A program made the position numbers and the translations under genes. Of a stretch of 56,426 nucleotides of DNA, positions 30,197-39,109 are shown in pieces. Where the stretch lies: positions 1-56,426 of the forward strand of contig CALXAO010000104.1 of NCBI GenBank assembly GCA_944386295.1, given 5' to 3'. Each line of letters begins with the position of its first letter. Positions within the stretch are counted from its first letter, which is position 1. Source of the DNA: an uncultured Clostridia bacterium. Lineage in GTDB: Bacteria; Bacillota; Clostridia; Oscillospirales; UBA644. Under the pieces are notes generated by a model. It was not told the DNA's origin, made no database searches, and saw only the letters and a program-made list of their open reading frames with translations.

Positions 30197-31882
30197 TTAT
30201 GAATCAAAATCAAATAAATTGCTGTTTTTTATGCTTTCATATATAGCTTCGCCTGAAAGATATTTAGAAATGGAACACTTTTCAATTTTTACCGAATAGC
30301 CCTCTTTCCGATTTTCTTTTAAGGCCTTTTGAATTTGTTCCAGCTTCCCGGGTTGCCGGAGTTCCTCATAATCCTGCGCGTCTTCACAAACAACTATAAT
30401 GGAATGTCCGGTGCAGACAGCCTTGGTATTGCTCAGCAAAAAGCCTAGCATACGGTTGTGCCGTCCAACTGAGGCTGCAATATCCTGCCACGAGTCCAGT
30501 TCCCGGTATTCCTCTTCCCGGTTGGAGTTCTTCGGTACTGGAGAAGATGTGTGTTCAACCGGCACGGACTTCGGCTGTTCCGATGGCGAAGTGTGCGTAA
30601 CGGGAATGGTATTCTGGTTTTTTTTTAGCGGTTTTTGTGGAGAGGGGATACCTAGTGATGTGTCCTGGGCAGTGTCTTGCGTGATGTGTTCTATCCGTGA
30701 TGTTTCATGAATGGGTTCCGACTGTGCCGAAACGGCTGGGGCAATGCGCAACTGCCGCAACTGATTTTCCAAAACTTCAACCCTGCTTTGCAGTGCCGAA
30801 GTATCCTCCAACAGAGAGGGATTGGCTAAGCGAAGCAAACAGATTTCAGTCAGGGAGCGTTTGTCAGAACTGCGAGACAAGGCTTGCAGTGTGTTTTGCA
30901 ACTGGTCGATGCAGAACAAAAGTCGGGCAGGAGAGAAGTTCCCTGCCGCAGCGGCCAGTTCGTCAGTTTCTTCCTTATCATAACCATGAAGGGCAGCAGG
31001 TCCTACAGTTTTAAAAATCAATAAGTCTTTGATACTTCGCATTAGATCCCGGCAAAGAATAGCAAGGTCGGCGGCTGTGTTGTAGAATCTGTCCACCTCC
31101 TGACAAAGGCAGGCGACATCGCCGCGTCCAATCGCAAAAATCAACTGACGGATCTGATGACTGGGAATTACTCCTAAAACGTGTTCAACTTCCTCTGGGC
31201 TACTTAGGTCAATAACTTTTTCCAAAATGGACAGTCCGTCCCGGGAGGAGCCGTCAGCCAGTCGGGCTACCAGGCGAATACTTTCCGGTGCCATGGTTTT
31301 TCCCTCGGCAGTCAGAATTTGCCGAAACTGTTCAGCCAAAAGCTCTGGAGACAGTCGTTGAAAGTCAAAACGTTGACAGCGGGATAGAATAGTTGCCGGA
31401 ACTTTGTGAATTTCCGTGGTTGCTAAAATAAAAATAGCATGGGCCGGAGGTTCTTCCAGCGTTTTAAGCAGAGCATTAAAGGCTCCGGAGGACAGCATGT
31501 GTACTTCGTCAATAATGTAAACCTTGTATTTTGCCGCTACCGGATTGTAAATAACCTCCTCCCGAATCTGGCGAATGTTTTCAACACTGTTGTTGCTGGC
31601 GGCATCAATTTCCTCCACGTCAAGCAGAGTTCCTTCCAGCAGCCCGCGGCAGATTTTACATTGGTTACAGGGTTCGCCGTCCCTAAGGTCCAGACAATTA
31701 ACAGCTCTGGAAAAAATCTTTGCACAGGTGGTTTTTCCCGTACCCCGAGTTCCCGTGAACAGATAAGCGTGGGCAATCTGCCCAGTAACTACCTGATGAC
31801 GGAGCGTGTCGGTAATATGCTTCTGTCCCACTACGTCCCCAAATATCATTGGGCGGTATTTGCGGTAAAGTGCCTGATACAC
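30197..31882 (-). CDS. dnaX: DNA polymerase III subunit gamma/tau
   Basis: GTG start after GGAGGTGG. YQALYRKYRP, Walker A GTRGTGKTT, zinc module CNQCKIC. The track ORF extends upstream across the SRP RNA and is an artefact there. Confidence 0.9.
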   Translation of the reverse strand: MYQALYRKYRPMIFGDVVGQKHITDTLRHQVVTGQIAHAYLFTGTRGTGKTTCAKIFSRAVNCLDLRDGEPCNQCKICRGLLEGTLLDVEEIDAASNNSVENIRQIREEVIYNPVAAKYKVYIIDEVHMLSSGAFNALLKTLEEPPAHAIFILATTEIHKVPATILSRCQRFDFQRLSPELLAEQFRQILTAEGKTMAPESIRLVARLADGSSRDGLSILEKVIDLSSPEEVEHVLGVIPSHQIRQLIFAIGRGDVACLCQEVDRFYNTAADLAILCRDLMRSIKDLLIFKTVGPAALHGYDKEETDELAAAAGNFSPARLLFCIDQLQNTLQALSRSSDKRSLTEICLLRLANPSLLEDTSALQSRVEVLENQLRQLRIAPAVSAQSEPIHETSRIEHITQDTAQDTSLGIPSPQKPLKKNQNTIPVTHTSPSEQPKSVPVEHTSSPVPKNSNREEEYRELDSWQDIAASVGRHNRMLGFLLSNTKAVCTGHSIIVVCEDAQDYEELRQPGKLEQIQKALKENRKEGYSVKIEKCSISKYLSGEAIYESIKNSNLFDFDS

Positions 31883-31921
31883 GGTTCCACCTCCTTCACA
31901 AAAATTTCCGGACTCCATTCC

Positions 31922-32037
31922 AAATATTAATAAAAAAAGAAGCGGATTGCTTACTGTGCACCTTGACTGTTGCTTAATGCTGCTCAGTTCCCTGCCTGAC
32001 ATGGTTCGCAACGCAAAGTCACGCAAGACCCGCTTCC
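31922..32037 (-). ncRNA. ffs: Signal recognition particle RNA (small 4.5S-type SRP RNA)
   Basis: The minus-strand sequence contains the domain IV core ...CCATGTCAGGCAGGGAACTGAGCAGC... (compare GUCAGGUCCGGAAGGAAGCAGC). The 5' end GAAGCGGG pairs with the 3' end CCGCTTC, which is followed by U7. Position immediately upstream of dnaX matches the Firmicute scr-dnaX-ybaB-recR arrangement. Confidence 0.75.
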
Positions 32038-32042
32038 TTATT

Positions 32043-32071
32043 ATTATACTATATTTACGGGGAAATATCAA
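32043..32071 (-). promoter_or_regulatory. Promoter of the SRP RNA gene
   Basis: Minus strand: TTGATA, a 17-nt spacer, then TATAAT, with the transcription start about 6-7 nt downstream at GGAAGCGGG. Confidence 0.55.
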
Positions 32072-32112
32072 GGGTGTTTGCAATTTTTTTAAATATTTTT
32101 TGGAGATAACTC

Positions 32113-32141
32113 TTTACATTGGAAACAAACTGTGTTATACT
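32113..32141 (+). promoter_or_regulatory. Promoter of rsuA
   Basis: TTTACA, a 17-nt spacer, then TATACT. Confidence 0.45.
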
Positions 32142-32183
32142 AAAAAAAGAAGGCTTTTAAGCCAGAAAGGAAAGAAAAAAAAC

Positions 32184-32870
32184 ATGCGTTTGGACGGCGC
32201 TTGCGCGATAGGATTTGGGTTCAGCCGCAGAGAAGCCCGCGCCGCGATATTGGCTGGCAAAATTACGGTAAACGGGCTGGTGGTGACGGATCCGGCCCGG
32301 GCAGTAGAACGGGCTTGGGAGATCTTCTGTGATGGAGAAGAAGCGGATCTGCGGGAGCACGTTTATTTGATGCTTTATAAACCCCCTGGAACAGTTTGTA
32401 CCACAGAAAATCTGCCAGAAAGTGTTTTGCAGCTGCTGCCCGATCGGTACGTCCGCCGAAGGATATTCCCTGTAGGGCGGCTAGATAAGGACACGGCCGG
32501 ATTGCTTTTGCTGACTGACGACGGAGCATTTTGCCATCGGCTGATGTCTCCTAAACATCATGTGGAAAAAGAATATTCTGTTGTTTTGGAGCGTCCTCTA
32601 ACCATGGAGGATGTTGCCTGTCTGGAAGCCGGAGTGTATCTGGAAAATGGAGAAAAGACCTTGCCTTGCCGTATTTTTGATGTGAAGGGTACTTCCTGCC
32701 GTATTGTATTGCGGGAAGGAAAATATCATCAGGTTAAGCGCATGTTTGCCAGCCGGGGCAACCGGGTTCTCTCCTTATTCCGACCGTCTTTGGGCGGTCT
32801 TATTTTGGATCCTGCATTAACGCCGGGACAGTTCCGGGAACTGACGGCGGAGGAAGTCAAAGCACTGTAA
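32184..32870 (+). CDS. rsuA: 16S rRNA pseudouridine synthase (RsuA/RluB family)
   Basis: An S4-like N-terminal domain, then the catalytic motif GRLDKDTAGLLLLTDDG. The track ORF starts at 31947 inside the SRP RNA, so the real start is taken at the downstream MRLDG. Confidence 0.85.
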   Translation: MRLDGACAIGFGFSRREARAAILAGKITVNGLVVTDPARAVERAWEIFCDGEEADLREHVYLMLYKPPGTVCTTENLPESVLQLLPDRYVRRRIFPVGRLDKDTAGLLLLTDDGAFCHRLMSPKHHVEKEYSVVLERPLTMEDVACLEAGVYLENGEKTLPCRIFDVKGTSCRIVLREGKYHQVKRMFASRGNRVLSLFRPSLGGLILDPALTPGQFRELTAEEVKAL

Positions 32871-32871
32871 A

Positions 32872-32917
32872 AATAAAAGGAACCGCCCCCCCAAACGGGG
32901 GCGGTTCCTTTTATTTT
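32872..32917. terminator. Bidirectional intrinsic terminator between rsuA (+) and the surface-protein gene (-)
   Basis: 14-bp GC-rich stem aaggaaccgccccc/gggggcggttcctt, flanked by an A-run and a T-run. Confidence 0.75.
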
Positions 32918-32925
32918 GAGTTGAA

Positions 32926-34896
32926 TTAACCATGAATCTTCTTGCGAAGAACTACGGCGGCAGTCAGAACAGATGCCACAGCGGCGCCTGCAATAATTGC
33001 CAGACTAATGCCGTCAGCTCCGTCCGGAATAGTGGGTTTGTCATCCGGAGTTGTCGGCTTGGGTGCGGTGGGATTGGCAGGAGTAGCACCGGTAGTAGAT
33101 ACAAAGACAAAGGCTTTGTTAAGCAGTTCGGTAGAATCGGCCAGCCCTGCCAGATTTGCGCCGGCTTTTTGTACCGCAGATTTCGCAATGGAAATTTCCA
33201 TTTTACCAGCGGTCAGCTCGGACAGTCCCCGTCCGTCTTTTGCGTTGGATACTGCCGTCAGGGTGCCGCCGTTAACTACAACGCCGGAACCGTTTGTTGC
33301 GTCATCATACGCGGAAATCGCATGACCGGCATCTTTGGCCAGGCAGGAAACGGTGGCTTTGTCTTCCAGGGTCAAAACAACCTTTGCTTTTTGGCTTTGC
33401 AGATTAATTGCCGCAGAGCCGTTGCCAAAAGTTTCGGCATATACAGTTGCATTGTTTTTAACTGTCATAGAAGAACCGTGAAGATGGATTCCGCCGCCAG
33501 TCCAGGATTTGGGAGCGGTTCCGCCGCCGGAAGCAACCAATGTGGCATTATCCTGTACGGTAAAGGCTACATTTGGATTAACCCAAATTCCATGGGCACG
33601 GCAGGAGGCTTCTGTTTTTCCATCCGAGGTTTTCCCGGTAGAATTGTTTGTCGCTGTTGCGGTAACAAAGGCTTTGCCCGCAATGGTCAAAGAAGAATCG
33701 GCACCTGCATTGACGTTCAGTCCGTTTACGACAACTTCACCTGCTTTTCCGTTCACGGTATTGGAAATGTTGACCGTTGCATCCCGGAACAAAATAGTAT
33801 TTTTGGCGGAACTCATCGTAATAGCACCGGTCCAGCCTGCCACTTTCGCAGACACATTGACAGTTTTGGTTGTGGTAAAGGAAATATTGTTTGCCGCTTT
33901 ACCCCGCATTTCAACGGCGCAGTAGATTGTGCCGGATTCTTTGCCGGGGTTAATAATATCTGCAGAAGCATTCCCGGAAACTTCCAGATTTGCAACGCCA
34001 CCATCTACGTTGGCGGTTACAATAACGGTCTGCCCGGGGGCATTTGCTTTTACGACCGCGTTACCGCGGATAATGATGCTGGCTTGAGAATTGGGATGGT
34101 TATTATCCGCCCGCAGGGCGCAGTTGGGGGATTCCAAATTAATTTTTGCATTACCTTCAATCAAAATCTTGGAATCCGGGGTAGAAGTTGCACCTTCCGG
34201 ATCATCCTTAGGATCGGAAACCGTATTAATTCCGTGTCCACCGGTGCCTACGAAGTCAATTTTGGCATTGTCTTTGATTTGAATGGTAGCAGTACGGCTG
34301 GAAACATAAAGAGCATGCCCTTTTGCTTCCAATTGCAGCTGAGCTGAGTCTTTCATGACAATGGTTCCGGTTCCGCTGTTTCTGGCAGCATGAATTGCAC
34401 TGCCGCCAGACATTTTGCCTACCAGTTTCACTGAGCCTTCTATTGTGACATTGCCTACCTGCGCGGTAAATGCGTAGGAATCGCACTCAAAGTTCAGGGT
34501 TCCGTCGCCCCGCAGGATCAGATTTCCGCCGGTGGCGTTTACATAGATTATGTTGTTTGCATTGTTGTCTTTGATTCCGGCTCCGGTGTTGATAAACGTG
34601 TTGTTGCCCTTGATTTCCGCAATCAAAGAGCCTGCAGTAGTTTCAACCTTTTGAATACCGGTAACGCCGTCCAGGATCAATACCCCGGTGGCCGGATCAA
34701 AGGTCAGGGTTCCCGTGGTCCCTGCCAAAGTTTTGGTTTCTGCGTTCAGTTCCACAGCCGTTCCGTCTGCTTTTACGACAGTAACGGTGTTTGCCATGGT
34801 TTCTTCTGCGGAGGTGGTCAGCGCCAACGCAAATGAGGCACTGATAACCAATGCCATTGCAAGAAGAAGCATAAGCACTTTGGTTGTTCTTTTCAT
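32926..34896 (-). CDS. Secreted beta-helix-like surface protein with Pro/Thr linker and C-terminal membrane anchor
   Basis: Signal peptide MKRTTKVLMLLLAMALVISASFALA. The body is very rich in G, N, T and A with beta-helix-like periodicity. Linker PANPTAPKPTTPDDKPTIPDG, then a hydrophobic tail ISLAIIAGAAVASVLTAAVVLRKKIHG. Confidence 0.6.
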   Translation of the reverse strand: MKRTTKVLMLLLAMALVISASFALALTTSAEETMANTVTVVKADGTAVELNAETKTLAGTTGTLTFDPATGVLILDGVTGIQKVETTAGSLIAEIKGNNTFINTGAGIKDNNANNIIYVNATGGNLILRGDGTLNFECDSYAFTAQVGNVTIEGSVKLVGKMSGGSAIHAARNSGTGTIVMKDSAQLQLEAKGHALYVSSRTATIQIKDNAKIDFVGTGGHGINTVSDPKDDPEGATSTPDSKILIEGNAKINLESPNCALRADNNHPNSQASIIIRGNAVVKANAPGQTVIVTANVDGGVANLEVSGNASADIINPGKESGTIYCAVEMRGKAANNISFTTTKTVNVSAKVAGWTGAITMSSAKNTILFRDATVNISNTVNGKAGEVVVNGLNVNAGADSSLTIAGKAFVTATATNNSTGKTSDGKTEASCRAHGIWVNPNVAFTVQDNATLVASGGGTAPKSWTGGGIHLHGSSMTVKNNATVYAETFGNGSAAINLQSQKAKVVLTLEDKATVSCLAKDAGHAISAYDDATNGSGVVVNGGTLTAVSNAKDGRGLSELTAGKMEISIAKSAVQKAGANLAGLADSTELLNKAFVFVSTTGATPANPTAPKPTTPDDKPTIPDGADGISLAIIAGAAVASVLTAAVVLRKKIHG

Positions 34897-34927
34897 AAAA
34901 AACACCCTCTCTTTCCATTCTGTTATA

Positions 34928-34945
34928 TTACACTTAGAAGTGTAA
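34928..34945. promoter_or_regulatory. Perfect palindrome TTACACTT-AG-AAGTGTAA between the -10 element and the RBS of the surface-protein gene (candidate operator)
   Basis: 8-bp inverted repeat with a 2-nt spacer, directly downstream of a TATAAT on the minus strand. Confidence 0.4.
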
Positions 34946-35376
34946 CTTCATTATAATGCATATTTATGTCAAAAGTATGTTATTACCAGCATGTTTTGAA
35001 AAAAAATTATGAAAATTTTCATTGGGGAAAACAGCAGAGCTGCGGATATAGAAGCAAAAATACAACTATTTTACAAATGGCCTCCGCTTACTGGATTCCA
35101 GTTTATGCTGTTGGCAGGACGTTAGGGGAATCTTTGGGAAACAATGGCAATGCCGTAGATCTGTTTGCCGGTTCCCAGAAATATTTTACAAATTAACAGA
35201 TTTGGGCAAAATAGCAGTTCTGGACGCCCACCTAAAAAAATAATTCAATGGAGCATTTATATGCTTTTCAAGCTGAAAGACGAGTAATACCCTTTGATTT
35301 GCGCCAAAATACAAAGCAAAGGACACCTACCAAAATGGCAGATGTCCTAAAAATCAATATTTGAAATGATTTACGC

Positions 35377-35919
35377 TTATTTGAAGTAACGATTCAGGAA
35401 ACCCTCAAACGCCTTGCCGTGTCGAGCTTCATCCCGGGCCATTTCGTGAACAGTGTCATGAATGGCATCCAGACCGGCCTCTTTGGCCCGTTTTGCCAGG
35501 TCGGTTTTGCCCATGGTTGCGCCGTTTTCTGCTTCCACTCTCATCTGCAGATTCTTTTTGGTGCTGTCGGTGACAACCTCACCCAGCAGTTCTGCAAACT
35601 TTGCGGCATGCTCGGCTTCTTCAAAAGCAGCTTTTTCCCAATACATACCAATTTCGGGGTATCCTTCCCGATGAGCTACCCGAGCCATGGCCAGATACAT
35701 CCCCACCTCGGTGCATTCCCCGTTAAAGTTTGCCCGAAGGTCGGCCAAAATGTCCTCGCTTACACCCTGAGCTACTCCCACAGTATGTTCTGCTGCCCAA
35801 CTCAGCCCCGCGCTCTGTTCTGTGAATTTAGAAGCCGGAGCTTTGCACTGGGGGCACTGTGCCGGAGGGGTGTCACCCTCGTGTACATAACCACAAACTT
35901 GACATACAAACTTTTTCAT
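35377..35919 (-). CDS. rbr: Reverse rubrerythrin (N-terminal rubredoxin-like domain + ferritin-like di-iron domain)
   Basis: N-terminal CQVCGY...CPQC. Di-iron ligand helices E..H ([24 protein letters not shown]; [13 protein letters not shown]). Confidence 0.85.
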   Translation of the reverse strand: MKKFVCQVCGYVHEGDTPPAQCPQCKAPASKFTEQSAGLSWAAEHTVGVAQGVSEDILADLRANFNGECTEVGMYLAMARVAHREGYPEIGMYWEKAAFEEAEHAAKFAELLGEVVTDSTKKNLQMRVEAENGATMGKTDLAKRAKEAGLDAIHDTVHEMARDEARHGKAFEGFLNRYFK

Positions 35920-36105
35920 AATTATGAAAGCCTCCTTAAATATTATATTTGTTTTGATGCGTATAGTATATCACAAAGAGGACGATTTGTCAAGTAGGAA
36001 CTTGTGTCAATAAAGAAAATAATTTGAAAATTTTACCCATTCGACACCAGGCTTCGACCAATTCTGCAGTGGGACAGGCTTATAATAGAGGAGAGGTGAA
36101 ACAGT

Positions 36106-36411
36106 ATGATAAGCTACACAACAGAAGAACAGACGCTGACGGTAGCAATTTTCGGCGAAATTGACCATCACACCGCGGGAGACTTGCGGCGGGAAATTGA
36201 CCGGCTGATTAGAAAACATCTACCCCGCACACTGGTGTTGGATTTTGGTCAGGTGGATTTCTGTGACAGCAGTGGAATTGCGGTGGTCTTGGGCAGATAC
36301 AAACTGATGTCCTCTTTGGGCGGCCAGGTCCGGCTGTGCCGTCTTTCGTCGGCGGTGCGGTATATTTTTGAATTGGCAGATTTAAAAAAACTGGTGCAGA
36401 TTGAAGAATAA
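36106..36411 (+). CDS. spoIIAA: Anti-sigma F factor antagonist
   Basis: 101-aa STAS domain. Conserved phosphorylatable Ser context DSSGIAV. Confidence 0.85.
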   Translation: MISYTTEEQTLTVAIFGEIDHHTAGDLRREIDRLIRKHLPRTLVLDFGQVDFCDSSGIAVVLGRYKLMSSLGGQVRLCRLSSAVRYIFELADLKKLVQIEE

Positions 36412-36458
36412 ACTGTAATTATCCGGAAATAATAGGAAAAAACTGAAAGGATGAGAAC

Positions 36459-36902
36459 ATGAAAGAGATCAATTCCATGGACCTGGTCCTTGCGGGGCGG
36501 TCGGTCAACGAAAGCTTTGCCCGGGTCAGTGTGGCGGCGTTTCTGGCGCAACTGGATCCCACGCTTCAAGAAATTGCGGAGGTTAAGACTATAGTGTCTG
36601 AGGCTGTGACAAACAGTATTGTCCATGGGTACGCAGAAAAAAAAGGATCCGTACAGATTAAGGTCCGACTGTATGAAAACAACCGGGTTCGGATTACCAT
36701 TCGGGATAAAGGAAAAGGAATTGAGGATATTACCCAGGCGATGCAGCCCTGTTTTACTACCGGCGGAGAAGAACGGGCGGGAATGGGATTTTCCATTATG
36801 CAAAGTTTTTCTGACCGTTTCCGGGTGCGTTCGGTGCCGGGAAAAGGAACTACTGTTATTGTTGATAAGTACATAGGGCAGCCAACAGACAATGGAAAAT
36901 AA
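36459..36902 (+). CDS. spoIIAB: Anti-sigma F factor (serine kinase)
   Basis: GHKL ATPase motifs (EAVTNSIVHGY; DKGKGIEDI; GMGFSIM). Confidence 0.85.
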   Translation: MKEINSMDLVLAGRSVNESFARVSVAAFLAQLDPTLQEIAEVKTIVSEAVTNSIVHGYAEKKGSVQIKVRLYENNRVRITIRDKGKGIEDITQAMQPCFTTGGEERAGMGFSIMQSFSDRFRVRSVPGKGTTVIVDKYIGQPTDNGK

Positions 36903-37662
36903 TCTGGAACTTTTGCACCGGGTGGAACAGGGAGACCGGACAGCGGAGGACGCTCTCGTTGCCGGCAATACAGGATTAGTACAGTCTCTGGCTGCCCGCT
37001 TTTTATACAGCGGTGTGGAATTTGAGGACCTGTGTCAGATTGGTATGGTGGGATTGCTTAAAGCCGTACGGAACTTTGATACTGGGCGCAATGTTATGTT
37101 TTCTACCTACGCAGTGCCTGTAATCCTGGGGGAAATTCGCCGTTTTTTGCGAGATGACGGTCCTGTTAAAGTTAGTCGGAGCATTCGGGAAGACAGCAAT
37201 CGGATCCGAGAACAGCGGCAGCGTCTGACTCGTACTTTGGGGCGGGATCCTACGCTGAGCGAGTTGACCGAGGCGACTGGACTGAGCACCGAGGATTTGC
37301 TGCTTGCCATGGAAGCCGGCAGCCGTCCCCTGTCCATTGATGAACCTCGGGGGGAAGAGGGGGATGGAACCCTGGGGGATTTGCTTCCCGCGGCGGCGGA
37401 TCCCGCAGGGGATGTGGAACTGCTGGCGTTGAAGGAAAGTCTTGCGTTACTGACGTCGGCAGACCGGACGCTTTTGGTTCTCCGGTATTTTCGAGGTAAA
37501 ACTCAGCAGGAGACGGCAGAGGTTCTCGGAATGTCCCAGGTACAGGTATCTCGACGGGAAAAGAAATTGCTGGAGCAACTGCGGACCGAGCTTTCCGAGC
37601 CGGGGACAGTTCCTTTTTCTTCCCCTTCCGAACGGAAGCGACGAAGACCGAAGGTCGGGTAA
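36892..37662 (+). CDS. sigF: Sporulation sigma factor F
   Basis: Overlaps the spoIIAB stop. Sigma-70 regions 2-4 (YAVPVILGEIRRFLRD; LGMSQVQVSRREKKLL). Third gene of the spoIIA operon. Confidence 0.85.
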   Translation: MENNLELLHRVEQGDRTAEDALVAGNTGLVQSLAARFLYSGVEFEDLCQIGMVGLLKAVRNFDTGRNVMFSTYAVPVILGEIRRFLRDDGPVKVSRSIREDSNRIREQRQRLTRTLGRDPTLSELTEATGLSTEDLLLAMEAGSRPLSIDEPRGEEGDGTLGDLLPAAADPAGDVELLALKESLALLTSADRTLLVLRYFRGKTQQETAEVLGMSQVQVSRREKKLLEQLRTELSEPGTVPFSSPSERKRRRPKVG

Positions 37663-37698
37663 AAAAACAGACAGAACATGTTCTGTCTGTTTTTTTTA
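37662..37698. terminator. Bidirectional terminator after sigF
   Basis: 24-nt palindrome acagacagaacatgttctgtctgt followed by T8. Confidence 0.75.
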
Positions 37699-39087
37699 CC
37701 TGTGTTTTCGAAGCTGAATTTCCCCAACCAAATTCAGGCAAATGCCGAGAACGGTAATAATTCCGCAAACCCCCATTCCAGCAATCTGCATCGCTGGCGT
37801 TTGGGGCAAAATCATAGACGCAATGATACCAAGTAGACCAATACTTGCCAAGATCCCTCCAACCAAAGTCCATTTACGGCTGTGCTTTTTTACGGAATAA
37901 AGTTCTTGGTTGCCAAAAAGTTGTTTCCAGGCGCTGTGGGCACAGACCATACCAATTTCGTTGTAGCCCGGTTGGTTGTAATGTACCCGATTATGAACTT
38001 CTTCAATGGTTGTAGGATTCCGATAGGATTCGGCCGAACAGGAAAAGGGATATTGGGAATTTGGGTATTTAGTTTCCCAGTATTGTGCTACCCCTTCCGG
38101 CGAAACCCAAAGATCGTTGACGGCGCAGGCCATATGTACCGTTGCGAAGTCTCCTTTGGGTTCTGCAGCTACTGCTTTTTGAGCCAGCCGAGGACCGTTG
38201 TCAGCGATATCTCGGGCGTCATTGGTTCTGACAAAGGTGCGGACCATAATAATTCCGCCGTAATCCAATGTATATCCCTGCTGCGCTAGGACGGCGGTAA
38301 GGGTATTGTGCATTTTGCGGAATTTTTCCTTGTATTCTGCCTCCGGGGTCTCAGCGTTGCTTTCGCCCTGAAGCCAAAAATATAAAATATGCCGGATTTG
38401 GTAATGCCCGGCTGCAACTTCGCCGTCCAAAGTCTGACAGACATTGCGGACAATCGCCCTGCATTCTTCAAAATTTCGTTCTCCCGGAAGCCAGCTTTCG
38501 ATGGCGGAAGATCCTTCCGCGCAGTTGACTACCCATATTTTTTCTCCGGTTTGTTGGTGCCACTGCCAGGCAAGGCCACTGTCAAATCCGGTTTTTCCCT
38601 TTTGTCCCACAGACAAGGAATTAAGGGGATATTCCAGTTCCTTTCCGCTCCGGGACTGAGAGGATGTCAGAGATTTTGCTACAAAATCAGAGGCGGAATC
38701 CACCGTCAGCGCGCTGTCGGTTTCGATTCCCGCACAGTAAAGGGCGTGGCCTTTGGTAGACCAGGCATAGGTAGAATAGACCTGCCCTTCTTCGTTTGCT
38801 ACCGATTGTTTGCGGTTTCTATGAAAAACTTCCGGCTGATCCGTAGAAGAGCCTTCGGCATTGCTTTGTCCCAGAATCAACGCTACCGAAAGATCCGCAG
38901 GGGTTACTGTTACTTGATACCGTTTACCGTTTTTTAGAGTAACAGCGGCAGTGCCGATCCCCACCGCTGTACAGCGGGAGGATATGTCTGTTTGCCAAAG
39001 AACCGGTTCTCCGGTGCTATTTTGAATTTCAAGGATATCATCTTCAAATGTATAGCGGTCATCGTAATGCAGACAGAGTGTTGCCAT
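37696..39087 (-). CDS. SASA-family (sialate O-acetylesterase-like) SGNH esterase with C-terminal membrane anchor
   Basis: The motif LILGQSNAEG (GQSN block). The C-terminus has two hydrophobic helices. The start is taken at MATLCLHYD. Confidence 0.6.
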   Translation of the reverse strand: MATLCLHYDDRYTFEDDILEIQNSTGEPVLWQTDISSRCTAVGIGTAAVTLKNGKRYQVTVTPADLSVALILGQSNAEGSSTDQPEVFHRNRKQSVANEEGQVYSTYAWSTKGHALYCAGIETDSALTVDSASDFVAKSLTSSQSRSGKELEYPLNSLSVGQKGKTGFDSGLAWQWHQQTGEKIWVVNCAEGSSAIESWLPGERNFEECRAIVRNVCQTLDGEVAAGHYQIRHILYFWLQGESNAETPEAEYKEKFRKMHNTLTAVLAQQGYTLDYGGIIMVRTFVRTNDARDIADNGPRLAQKAVAAEPKGDFATVHMACAVNDLWVSPEGVAQYWETKYPNSQYPFSCSAESYRNPTTIEEVHNRVHYNQPGYNEIGMVCAHSAWKQLFGNQELYSVKKHSRKWTLVGGILASIGLLGIIASMILPQTPAMQIAGMGVCGIITVLGICLNLVGEIQLRKHR

Positions 39088-39109
39088 GAAATATTCCTCA
39101 TTTCTATTT

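Noticed and set aside
31883-32083. The N-terminal 67 codons of the track's dnaX ORF and the first 79 codons of the opposite-strand ORF starting 31947.
   Set aside because: Both run through the SRP RNA gene and its promoter. The true dnaX start (GTG after GGAGGTGG at 31882) and rsuA start (32184) lie downstream.
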